Positions 9,923 through 18,759 of a stretch of DNA of 64,000 nucleotides are shown here, one piece after another. The notes beneath the pieces were generated by a model. That model saw only the letters and a program-made list of their open reading frames with translations, made no database searches and was not told the DNA's origin. Positions within the stretch are counted from its first letter, which is position 1. Each line of letters starts with the position of its first letter. Source of the DNA: Pseudomonadota bacterium (GTDB taxonomy: Bacteria > Pseudomonadota > Gammaproteobacteria > Burkholderiales > Burkholderiaceae_C); NCBI GenBank assembly GCA_018240985.1, contig JAFEER010000049.1:4440-68439 (forward strand), read 5' to 3'. Position numbers and translations under genes: made by a program.

Positions 9923-11350
9923 TCAGCTCGACGTGAAACCCATTGCCGCGCGACGGTGCTGAGTGGCCCCGTCCATGCGAAGCGCTGGCCAGTCCTCCGC
10001 GTTCAGATGATCCCGTTGTGCCATCACTGCACGCGCGAATGCGATCTCCATCGCGAGCTTGATGGATCGCGGGCTCATGTCAGCAATCTGACGGTCCAGC
10101 GCAGAGGGCAGCTCCGCTGAGAACTGCACTCTCATCTTCCGAATCAGCTCGGACAGAATCTCCCGGGCGATCGTGTTGAGCTGCGTCGGCGATGGCTGCG
10201 CGATTTGGAACACGAGCATCCTCGAACGCAGCGGGGCCGGCACCTCGTCCAGGTCGTTGGCAGTGGCGACGATCCTGAGTCGGCTGGCGTCGAATTCCAG
10301 ATCAGGCAGCGACTGGTCGACGAAATGCGCTGCCGTGTGTTCTTCCAACAGCGAATACAGCGGTCCAAGCGCGCTGTACCCAATGGTGTTGGCCTTGTCG
10401 ATCTCATCGAGTACCAGCAGGCCATTGGCCACAGGCGCATGCCCGGCTCGACCCCACGCCAGCGATTCGAACAGCTGGCCGGGCGAGGAGTTCGACCAAA
10501 ACGTGCTTGAGCCCGCAATGGTGCTGGAGTTCGTCTCTGCCGCTAGAGACAGGAACAAAGGCGGCGGCGTGCCCAGAAGATCAGCCAGCGCGTTGGCGAA
10601 CCGAGTTTTGCCAATGCCCGGACCGCCCACCAGCAAGATGGGCGCCAGCCGATGGGGAAGCCCCTCCGAGCAAAGCGCGATGTGCGGACGAATCGCAGTC
10701 TCGATCGCCTGCTCGAAATTTGGAAAGCTTTCTACGAGCGCATCGAGCCGGCGCTTCCAACTGATGGGGATCGAAGCCATTGGCCGGCTGAGACCACTGA
10801 GCGCGAGACGCTCCAGCGTCTGCGCGATTCTGCGGCCGGCCTCACCGTCACGCCCTTTGACCCGCTGTTCAAGCTGCTCGGCATTCTCTGCGAACCGGAA
10901 CACATCGACGGGGTTGCACTGACGCGGACCGGTGACCAGTCCCAGCAGGTCGAAGTCGCCCTCGACCGCCGGAAGATCGAAGTCCGGCACCGCCTCCATC
11001 GCCTGCGGCGTGGCCTCCCGCATCTCGGCGGCAAAGCGGCGGTTGTGCAACTCCTGCAAGGCCTCAGCCAGACTGGCGATGACCGAGTGTTCGAGATCAC
11101 CGCGACGCGGGGAGAAGTCGAACATGACATGCAGCGCACCGCCCACATTCACGCAGCTGACGGCTGCCCGGCGTGGCTGCCGACGCCCCAGGATCAGGGT
11201 AAACGCGCGCAGGAAGATTTCGCTCAGATGCCGGCCGTCGCGCGAAAGCTCGGGGTCGAGCCGAACGCTAAGCCAGTCAGGGTAGTTGAAAAGCGGAAAT
11301 ACATCGGCTACGCCGACAGCGGCTTCAAAAAGGGTTGTGGTCATCAGCAT
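9923..11350 (-). CDS. Stand-alone Lon-like AAA+ ATPase (no protease domain)
   Basis: ILLVGGPGIGKT Walker A, LVLDEIDK Walker B, LRSRM arginine finger; no Lon protease domain. Confidence 0.85.
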   Translation of the reverse strand: MLMTTTLFEAAVGVADVFPLFNYPDWLSVRLDPELSRDGRHLSEIFLRAFTLILGRRQPRRAAVSCVNVGGALHVMFDFSPRRGDLEHSVIASLAEALQELHNRRFAAEMREATPQAMEAVPDFDLPAVEGDFDLLGLVTGPRQCNPVDVFRFAENAEQLEQRVKGRDGEAGRRIAQTLERLALSGLSRPMASIPISWKRRLDALVESFPNFEQAIETAIRPHIALCSEGLPHRLAPILLVGGPGIGKTRFANALADLLGTPPPLFLSLAAETNSSTIAGSSTFWSNSSPGQLFESLAWGRAGHAPVANGLLVLDEIDKANTIGYSALGPLYSLLEEHTAAHFVDQSLPDLEFDASRLRIVATANDLDEVPAPLRSRMLVFQIAQPSPTQLNTIAREILSELIRKMRVQFSAELPSALDRQIADMSPRSIKLAMEIAFARAVMAQRDHLNAEDWPALRMDGATQHRRAAMGFTSS

Positions 11351-11603
11351 CTTTCAGTTGGGCGGACGAAGTCCGCGATGACGCCGTCAAGTGCGGCGCG
11401 CCAACTGAGGAAGTGAATGTCCTAACTTCGCAATCTGCGTATTCGGCGAGCAGGCAACCGCTGGCCGGCTGCCGTGAAACGGCATGACGTCAGGATGACT
11501 GGGGTGGGTTGCATTGCGTAGTGGGTTTGACCAATGCCGTCACTGTACGGGCTGCCGAAGGTCAACGCAAGAAACGGCCGCGCTACTGGCGGCACGATGG
11601 CAA

Positions 11604-11858
11604 TCACAGATCGTCTGGATCTTTGAACTGTTCAGGATCGACCAGGTCCTTGAGCGGCACACCGACCGCGTCGGCGAGCAAGCCCATGTTGTCGATGCTG
11701 ATGTTCCGTGCGCCGCGCTCGACGCTGCTCACGTAAGCACGGGTCAGGCCTGAATCGAAGGCGATGACCTCTTGAGTGATTTCTCTGTTGCGCCTCGCTC
11801 GGCGCAGATTTCGAGCAAATACGGCTCGCGCAGTCAATGTTTTTGCAGTCTTCTTCAT
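11604..11858 (-). CDS. XRE-family HTH transcriptional regulator
   Basis: NLRRARRNREITQEVIAFDSGLTRAYVSSVERGARNISIDN; ATG at 11858. Confidence 0.9.
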   Translation of the reverse strand: MKKTAKTLTARAVFARNLRRARRNREITQEVIAFDSGLTRAYVSSVERGARNISIDNMGLLADAVGVPLKDLVDPEQFKDPDDL

Positions 11859-11913
11859 ACAGAAGAAGCGTGTGTTGCAGGCGCGCAAACCTCCACTCAC
11901 TTTGCTGTACATA

Positions 11914-11990
11914 ATGACAACTTTAGGATTCAATAAGTTTTCCAATAGATTCAAAAAACAAACTCCTGTTGTCTTCATGACGACTTTGGG
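11914..11990. promoter_or_regulatory. Paired candidate operator boxes in the divergent XRE promoter
   Basis: ATGACAACTTTAGG (11914) and ATGACGACTTTGGG (11977): 12/14 identical, 63 bp apart, in an AT-rich spacer. Confidence 0.55.
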
Positions 11991-12004
11991 GATCAACACA
12001 CCGC

Positions 12005-13108
12005 ATGTCCAACGACGCCCGTCCTGAAGCCTTCGCGGAAGCCGCCAAATCCGGCCTCACTGCAGCCAATGCCGCCACGCTCGCGACCTGCACTCTGGTC
12101 GGCGGCTCGCTGAGCGTGTTCGCGGATGTCGCGCCATCGGGATGGAGCCACGTGATGGGCTTCGTCGCACTGGCAAGCTGGCTGTTCAGCATCACCCTGG
12201 CGCTGTACCTGGCCGGCCGCAGCACGCGGCCGCAGGAGTCCCGAGGCCTGTTCGCGACAGTGATGGACGGTGTCAGACTGGCCGGAGCCAAGCCAGGCAT
12301 CGCCGCCATGGTCGTGCTGATGACTGCCGGCGCTGCTTTCACCGTGTGGTCGAGGATGCATAGCGATCAGGGCAGCGTGCTGCGCTCGCTGGTGGCGACG
12401 CAGGAACGCGCAGCAGCAGCCGCTGAAACTGCGGCTGAACGCACTGCCGCAATCCAGGCCGATACGCAGGCGATCCGTTCGGCCGTCGGCCGGCCAGCGA
12501 CTCCATCGGAACTGCTCGCGAAGATGGGATATGGAACGAGCAACGAAGACGTGTGCAGAGCAATCAGCACAGGCGCCGTCAAGGCGCTGGAACTTATGGA
12601 GAAGATCGCCAAGTTCAAGGCACGCCTGTCCGTCCCTCTGGGTGGAGGGCAATACGCGCTGTGCATCGAAGAAGCGCTGTTAGAACCTACCCGCGGGCCG
12701 GCTGTGGCCCGCGCCCTTCAGGAGATCGAGCTCAGCGCCGAGGACATCGGCCGGCTGTATGTCGCTCAAACGATCGGCTCCGGCGAGTCTGGGGCACTGC
12801 GCCCGCTCGAAGTGCTGGTGACGCTGGGAATCGAACCTGATCCCCGGACGAGGCTGACGTCGGCTCGGGCAACACCGCTGATGTATGCGGTCTGGGCTGA
12901 CAACCTGCTTGCGGCAGAAACGCTGCTGGCCAAGGGTGCCGATGCGAATCAGGCCAGCCGCTTCGACTACGCACTCGGAACCAAGATGACCAGCGTCGCC
13001 ATCTCGCCCCTGGCTGAGGCGCAAAGACTTGACCGGCCGGCCCTGGAAGAAAGGCTAAAGGCGGCCGGTGCCCGTGCGGAGTTGCAGCAGGTCCCGTACT
13101 TCAGATGA
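12005..13108 (+). CDS. Membrane protein (3 TM-like segments, coiled coil, C-terminal ankyrin-like repeat)
   Basis: Hydrophobic N-terminal segments; TPLMYAVWADNLLAAETLLAKGADAN ankyrin motif. Confidence 0.75.
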   Translation: MSNDARPEAFAEAAKSGLTAANAATLATCTLVGGSLSVFADVAPSGWSHVMGFVALASWLFSITLALYLAGRSTRPQESRGLFATVMDGVRLAGAKPGIAAMVVLMTAGAAFTVWSRMHSDQGSVLRSLVATQERAAAAAETAAERTAAIQADTQAIRSAVGRPATPSELLAKMGYGTSNEDVCRAISTGAVKALELMEKIAKFKARLSVPLGGGQYALCIEEALLEPTRGPAVARALQEIELSAEDIGRLYVAQTIGSGESGALRPLEVLVTLGIEPDPRTRLTSARATPLMYAVWADNLLAAETLLAKGADANQASRFDYALGTKMTSVAISPLAEAQRLDRPALEERLKAAGARAELQQVPYFR

Positions 13109-13151
13109 CGTTCCCCGTCAGCGCTTTTTGTTTCAACCATAAGGGGTCGTC

Positions 13152-14264
13152 ATGATCGAATCGTTTCTTCTCGTCATCTACGCCGCTGCGTCCGTCGCTC
13201 TTGCGGTGTGGGCCCGCCGCAGGTTCAGGCTGCGGCTGGACTGGGCACATCCCCGCATGCGAAGGCCCATCTTCGATGGGCAAGTGCGCAGCGCCGGTAG
13301 CGCAGGAGCCCTGGGCGCAGCTGACGCGGTAAGCACAGCGGCTTTGACCAGCGCGTCGCCGAACGCAGTCATGGTGTTCGTGATCATCGTGGCCGGCCTG
13401 ATCGGCGCCGTCATCGGCGCAGGCGTGCTGCCAGCTCTCGTCGGAGGCATCGGGCAGCCCGGGTGGCTCGGAATGATGGCTCTGGTGGTGGCTACTCTGG
13501 CCTGGGTCTGGATCGGAGGATCCCTCGCGCTGCCCATTCTGGCCCTGGCCCTCAGCCTAGCGCCGATCCTGGCCGGCCTGGCCGTGATCGGGTTCATCGG
13601 CATGATGCTCGGGCAGACTTTTGGCTCGGGGCATCCCGGCCTGTTTTCGTCGACAGGAACGTGGCAAGCGGGCTTCGGCGCCCGGATGGACTACAACCTC
13701 TGCGCTGCGGGAACGGCAATGATCACGCTGGGGAGCCCACAGGAGATCGCGCGGAAATGCAAACAGAAAGTCGTCGGAGCGCACCCGGTAGAGGGGCGAT
13801 TCGCCGGCATCTACAGCTGCCAGCCAGGGCAGCGCGTGGCTGCGATCGTGGATGTTCGCCCCTTCGGCCCTTTCAAAGACGGGCTGAAGAGTGCCGAGTT
13901 CACGTTCGGCGATAAGCCCGAGGCGGTGTTTCCGAACGGCTCGTTCGCGGGCTTCTTCCGCCCCAGCGGTGCCGCGGGCGAATCCCGATCCGACGAGCTC
14001 AAGTGGACGCAGAAGCCCTCGGCCGGCTGGGGCATGCCAAATCAACTGTCGATCACCGCACAGCCGGATGGCGGCCTCAGTGTGAAGCTTATTAACACTC
14101 CCTGCACGACGCTGCAGGCCAAACGCTGCGAAGCCGCCGAAGCAGGCCGCATCCCCACCTGCGAACGAGAGTTCGCTGAGCTGGGCGTCAAACTCCATAA
14201 GCCCAAGACGCTGAATGAGCTTGCAAAAATCATGACGGATCAAGAGGCTCGAAATAAACGCTGA
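13152..14264 (+). CDS. Multi-pass membrane protein with a Cys-containing soluble C-terminal domain
   Basis: About 4-5 hydrophobic segments; co-oriented 43 bp after the ankyrin gene. Confidence 0.7.
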   Translation: MIESFLLVIYAAASVALAVWARRRFRLRLDWAHPRMRRPIFDGQVRSAGSAGALGAADAVSTAALTSASPNAVMVFVIIVAGLIGAVIGAGVLPALVGGIGQPGWLGMMALVVATLAWVWIGGSLALPILALALSLAPILAGLAVIGFIGMMLGQTFGSGHPGLFSSTGTWQAGFGARMDYNLCAAGTAMITLGSPQEIARKCKQKVVGAHPVEGRFAGIYSCQPGQRVAAIVDVRPFGPFKDGLKSAEFTFGDKPEAVFPNGSFAGFFRPSGAAGESRSDELKWTQKPSAGWGMPNQLSITAQPDGGLSVKLINTPCTTLQAKRCEAAEAGRIPTCEREFAELGVKLHKPKTLNELAKIMTDQEARNKR

Positions 14265-14585
14265 CGGGAACAAGTAAGGCGCCGCACCTATGACGCGACG
14301 TTGCGGATACGCAACAGCCCTACATTCATTGGGTTCGCGCATAGTCTCCAAACTTTGACACTCGCGTTATCGACCCTTTAGCATTCGATCCATTGCTGCA
14401 ACTACACATATTCGCCCCCAGGATTGACTGGGATCGGAGGTCAGGGTCGAGGGGCACCTGAATAGCGCTACGGCAGTGATACCCACGGAAACAGGCCGCC
14501 GTGAACCAAGCACGAATTCCATTGGAATTCAAGATGAGCAAACCTCATCCTGAGCTGGTTCACAGAATATCCGTGAACCAGCCCG

Positions 14586-15014
14586 GTGATGAAAACCACC
14601 AAGGTTCACGTGAAAACTCTTCCAGCCCTGTCCAACAACCACACCCCTATCAACACCGACGAGTCTCGCTCCGTCCGTCAGTGCATTGACACTGCGAAAC
14701 GTGCCCGAGAAGTCATGCTCCAGGCCTGCGCCGGTGAGCTGCGACATGTAGCCCCAGCTTGCGCCAAGAAATTTCTGGACGCGTCGGCCGATATTTACGA
14801 CCTTCTCGACCAAGTCGACCAGCGGGTCAAGTTAGGAAATCGCGCTGGTCAACTCGACCACATTTTCGTGCTTCGGTTGAATGCCGAACTCGACAAGCTT
14901 GCCGACGAACTGTTTGTCCGAGCGCATTTGGCGATGGGGTCTCCGGCAATGGCCTGGATGCCCGGCTTCGTGGCGGGCTGTCACAACCTGCTAGCAGGAG
15001 GCGCCAATGACTGA
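14586..15014 (+). CDS. Hypothetical protein
   Basis: 142-aa ORF with helical composition; no recognisable motif. Confidence 0.4.
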   Translation: MMKTTKVHVKTLPALSNNHTPINTDESRSVRQCIDTAKRAREVMLQACAGELRHVAPACAKKFLDASADIYDLLDQVDQRVKLGNRAGQLDHIFVLRLNAELDKLADELFVRAHLAMGSPAMAWMPGFVAGCHNLLAGGAND

Positions 15015-15208
15015 TGCGCCAATCGCTCACACTGACTTCGGGCCGCCAACCGGTTTTAAGATGCCTCCTTGACAAAGAGGGCCACGATAACAAACGAGGC
15101 CCGCAACTGGTGACGAGGAATCAGGCCGCGGCAACAGTCTGGACATGTGCAGCGGCGACATGCCGCTGCACCAGGACTCCTGAGAGTCCTGATAGTCCTG
15201 AATACGGC

Positions 15209-15286
15209 GGGCGTTTGCTACAGCGACCGGGCGTTTGGTACACGGGAACGGGCGGATGCTGCATCACTCCAGGCGTTTGCTACAGC
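15209..15286. repeat. Iteron-like array (putative oriV) at the 3' end of the repC-like gene
   Basis: GCGTTTGCTACAGC at 15211 and 15273, GCGTTTGGTACACG at 15231, degenerate GCGGATGCTGCATC at 15252; period 20-21 bp. Confidence 0.6.
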
Positions 15287-16113
15287 TCGCTCACGGCCGG
15301 CTGTGCAGCTTTATGAATTTGAGTTGGGATTTTGCTCACGAACACTCGCCCTGACTGGATATCGATACCCAGGGCTTTTAGCCCTTCCGCGTCTTTTCGA
15401 ATTTCCCGCCGACGGTTGCTCATCTTCTCGGGATCTCCTGCACCGACAGCCTCAAGAAGACGGTCCAAGTGATATCCACCTCGCGGCGCTGATCGATGAC
15501 TCAGGACATGACGCGCCAGTGCTTGAGCAACACCAAACTGCAGCTGTGCCAGCGGCAAAGGGTCGTAGCGTAAATGCAAGTCAGCGCCGATCAGGACAAG
15601 AAAAACCGGGCCGAGCGTGACTTTCATATAGTGCCGGGGGGTATCGCAGAAACGCCCATTGAGGCTGCCACGCCGATCAATCTCTATCTTCGATCTCACG
15701 ATCTGGTCTATCACGTGGCCGCAGGCAGTGACACCCCTCGCCGGTATGTCTACATCCACCAAGACCCCCATCAAATCCTCGAGAACAGTTTGAAGCTGCT
15801 CGAAGCTGCCCTGCTTGCCACCATTGGCGATTTTTCGCAACTGGTACGTATCGACCAATAGTTCAATGCGGCCTTCTAGATCATTGCGCCAATCAGCACA
15901 ACTCCAGAACATGGCCTCCAAAACATCTGCATGGCCTTGCCCTATTTTCCCTTTGATCTTAGCTTTCCCCCATGAGGTGCGCATCTCGCGGACTTGGTAT
16001 GTGGGTCGCCGAGTTGGCTCGAACAGGCATAGCCGCGCTTGATGCACAGTGCTGGTCGGAAGGTTGGCAAAGCCGAATTCGCTCACGTTTTGCTCAGCGC
16101 AGGACATCACCAT
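15280..16113 (-). CDS. Plasmid-type replication initiator in the RepC position
   Basis: Start overlaps the repA stop; LPTSTVHQARLCLFEPTRRP...WGKAKIKGKIGQGHADVLEA; iterons directly downstream. Confidence 0.65.
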   Translation of the reverse strand: MVMSCAEQNVSEFGFANLPTSTVHQARLCLFEPTRRPTYQVREMRTSWGKAKIKGKIGQGHADVLEAMFWSCADWRNDLEGRIELLVDTYQLRKIANGGKQGSFEQLQTVLEDLMGVLVDVDIPARGVTACGHVIDQIVRSKIEIDRRGSLNGRFCDTPRHYMKVTLGPVFLVLIGADLHLRYDPLPLAQLQFGVAQALARHVLSHRSAPRGGYHLDRLLEAVGAGDPEKMSNRRREIRKDAEGLKALGIDIQSGRVFVSKIPTQIHKAAQPAVSEL

Positions 16114-17024
16114 TCCTGCCTTTCCGCTACCGGTTTAACTCGAACCGGAAGCTTGTTCTTGATGTGCTTGCGGTCGATCAAGTCCGCCGTCACCAAAACA
16201 CCACCATCGCCGCGCCGCAGCCACACGTCCGGCACGGGTGCTCCATAGTTGCGCTTCGGGATGCCGAACCTGACGAACTGGCCCCGGTCCTGCTCGGGAA
16301 TTCCATGCTCTTTCGCTTCTTCCTTTGTCATGCCCCCCAGAAATGCCTGCCACCGAATGTTGTCGGTGAGCACGGAGCTGCCACGACTTGATTGCTGCAT
16401 ATCAGCTTGCCCATTCAGGGCTGCAGCTTTCGTCGTGTGATGCAGGAAAAGGATGCTGCAGCCGGTCAGATTGGCAATCCGCTCCATTTGGCCGAGTAGC
16501 ATCGCCATCTCCCCACCGTCGTTCTCATCCGCCACATGGATTCGGCGTAGGGTATCGATAAGCATCAGACGCCTCCCCTTTGCGCACTCCAGCGCCCAGT
16601 CGAAGCAGGGCTTCTTCATCAGGTCAAAGGGGTGGCCGACAAGTGGAAAAATGTCGACGCCAGCGTCCATCTGTAGCCGCGCGTCGAGATCAAGGTGCCT
16701 ACCGAGTGCGTGCAGTCGATGTTGCAAGGCGTCGGCGGGGTCTTCGGCGCAAAGCATCACAACGCGACCTTGCTTCGCTTCGAACTCAAGCCCCATCAGA
16801 TTGATGCCGGTTGCTACGAGAACAGCCCATTCCAGTGCAACGTAGCTTTTGCCAACACCACCGGGTGAGACCAGAGAACCAACTGTTCCAGCCAACATGC
16901 CGGGAAGGACAAAGTCCAATGGAGGCGGAGGCTTGCTAAAGGCGTCCACCAAATTCAGGCGAGATGGGAAGTTTGTTTTTTGGGACGTAGCGGAACGTGG
17001 ACTCGATTGATCGTCGGACGGCAT
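16107..17024 (-). CDS. repA: RSF1010-type replicative helicase RepA (AAA_25)
   Basis: PPPPLDFVLPGMLAGTVGSLVSPGGVGKS, LIDTLRRIHVADEN, LHHTTK, SRGSSVLTDNIRW. Confidence 0.92.
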   Translation of the reverse strand: MPSDDQSSPRSATSQKTNFPSRLNLVDAFSKPPPPLDFVLPGMLAGTVGSLVSPGGVGKSYVALEWAVLVATGINLMGLEFEAKQGRVVMLCAEDPADALQHRLHALGRHLDLDARLQMDAGVDIFPLVGHPFDLMKKPCFDWALECAKGRRLMLIDTLRRIHVADENDGGEMAMLLGQMERIANLTGCSILFLHHTTKAAALNGQADMQQSSRGSSVLTDNIRWQAFLGGMTKEEAKEHGIPEQDRGQFVRFGIPKRNYGAPVPDVWLRRGDGGVLVTADLIDRKHIKNKLPVRVKPVAERQEW

Positions 17025-17056
17025 GGCGGCAGTTGGTTAGCATCCTAAAAGGACGG

Positions 17057-18028
17057 AGAACCGGGTCACCATTCGTTGACGATGCATCGCTCAATGCACC
17101 CAAACCCTTCTACCCGCGTAAAAGGTCCGAATCGTTTCTGCCTTAATCTGGCTGCCAACCTCACTGCCATCTCGTGGTGGCAGCTGAAATTGGAGCGGGG
17201 GGCTACCCCCGTGCCTTCAGCACACTAGCAACTGCCATAGGTATCGGTGACAGGTGGTCACGAGGACCGTGTGCATGCGTCTGCCAACGATGTCGATCGA
17301 TTACCCATGGACATTCAGGCTTGTAGCCTCAGGAACTTTGCACTCGATTGACCCACACATTATTGGCGCTCTGGACGCAGGAGGCCAACAAGCGATAGCT
17401 TTAAAGCTCTTTGAATTCGATGGTCAGCGAGGCGTAAATCACGCCACCTTCACCGGCCTAAAACGGAAAAGTCTGCTCTGGGCCACGATCTTTTTCGGTC
17501 TGCCTGTATTCGTGGGGTAGGCAAGAACGCACTTGATACTGTCGCAACAGCACAACACCTGCCCTCTCCCTCATGCGCCGCGTCTCGGTTAAGCCGTCAG
17601 AACCGGAAGAGACTCGCGTCGAAATAGCTTTATGGGCTACTTGCAGTGCAACACCCACAAACTATGGGCTGTTGAGGCAAATGCACCGGCTGGGGCGTAG
17701 GCTCATTGTTGCCAAAATACGTCACACTCATTTGTTGCCACCCTCGAGTTTCTTGACGCGCAGCCCCTTGTATCCAGATACTGACAACGTCCTTGAGCGA
17801 CAAAGAACCTGCGGCGGCAATGTGTGTGCACGGATCGCGACAGGTAGCGACTGGACTGACTAGTGCACTGACGACATCAGGGGTAGCCCCCTGATCCATG
17901 ACGGAGCCCGGCGAACAAGATCTCCCGGGGCAGTGGACGGTCGGAAAGTGATAGATCCGGTTCGTATCCCCCAATTCTGGGTAAGGGGATCAGGAGCGCA
18001 AAGTTGCGACGAACGGTGACCCGGTTCT
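17057..18028. repeat. Two oppositely oriented copies of a ~150-nt leader element
   Basis: 20-bp box with 19/20 identity (17057-17076 vs 18009-18028) plus TAGC-loop hairpins at 17196-17211 and 17876-17895. Confidence 0.75.
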
Positions 18029-18052
18029 TTTCCCCTTTGGGGAACTCGAACC

Positions 18053-18550
18053 TTGGATCACCATGAAGAAACACCGCCCCCCGTCGGTCGCCTTAGCCGC
18101 CCCCTCACACTCGGCGCTCTCCCAGTAGTCGTTGATCACGTGGAGTCTCTGTGTGCTCAACACTTCGATTTCGCTCAAATGCAGTCAGCGCCAGGATGGC
18201 GGAAGCATGTAGATGCGCTGCTGAGCGAGATGTATCGCCGTACCGACTGGACGCTGCATCAACTGGGACCTCGAATCCGTGGAGAGCATGACCTTGATCA
18301 GCGATCAGTCGAACTGCTCTTGCAGATCTACGCTCAATTCGCTCACCTTCAAGATGGATTGGGCGATGTGGTCACCCTAGACGATCGAAAGAGGTTTTTC
18401 ATCAGTGCCCACGCCGCCTTCGTGCTGATGGACGAATTCTTTCCACAATGCGTTGAAGGCCTCAAATCCATCAAAGCCCAATCCCCTGCGGAGGCAGCAG
18501 ACACACAGCTGGAATTTCTGCTCGCCCTGGCGGAGGGACGCCTCGTATGA
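18053..18550 (+). CDS. Hypothetical protein, first gene of the xis-int operon
   Basis: 165-aa ORF whose stop overlaps the xis start (ATGA). Confidence 0.6.
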   Translation: MDHHEETPPPVGRLSRPLTLGALPVVVDHVESLCAQHFDFAQMQSAPGWRKHVDALLSEMYRRTDWTLHQLGPRIRGEHDLDQRSVELLLQIYAQFAHLQDGLGDVVTLDDRKRFFISAHAAFVLMDEFFPQCVEGLKSIKAQSPAEAADTQLEFLLALAEGRLV

Positions 18551-18759
18551 GCTCAATGCAAACAGCGGTATCCAGCGAAAGCACTGGACTCGTAACCGTA
18601 AGAAAAGCAGCCGAGCTCACCGGGCTATCAGAAAAGGCCATTCGCCGAAAACGCGAAGAAGGAATCTGGCTTGAAGGACGCGAAATCGTCGTCGGACCGG
18701 ACAAGCGGATCTACGTGGACATTGCAGCCTTCCAGAAGTGGGTACGGGGGCTGCAATGA
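18547..18759 (+). CDS. xis: Excisionase (winged-helix)
   Basis: VTVRKAAELTGLSEKAIRRKREEGIWLEGRE...RIYVDIAAFQKWV; ATGA-coupled to the integrase. Confidence 0.85.
   Translation: MSSMQTAVSSESTGLVTVRKAAELTGLSEKAIRRKREEGIWLEGREIVVGPDKRIYVDIAAFQKWVRGLQ

Noticed and set aside
9923-11350. Lon protease or IetAS system
   Set aside because: No Lon Ser-Lys protease domain and no adjacent S8 peptidase.
17254-17974. Small ORFs between the twin leaders
   Set aside because: No motifs or convincing RBS, and they overlap on both strands; left uncalled, although a small peptide cannot be excluded.
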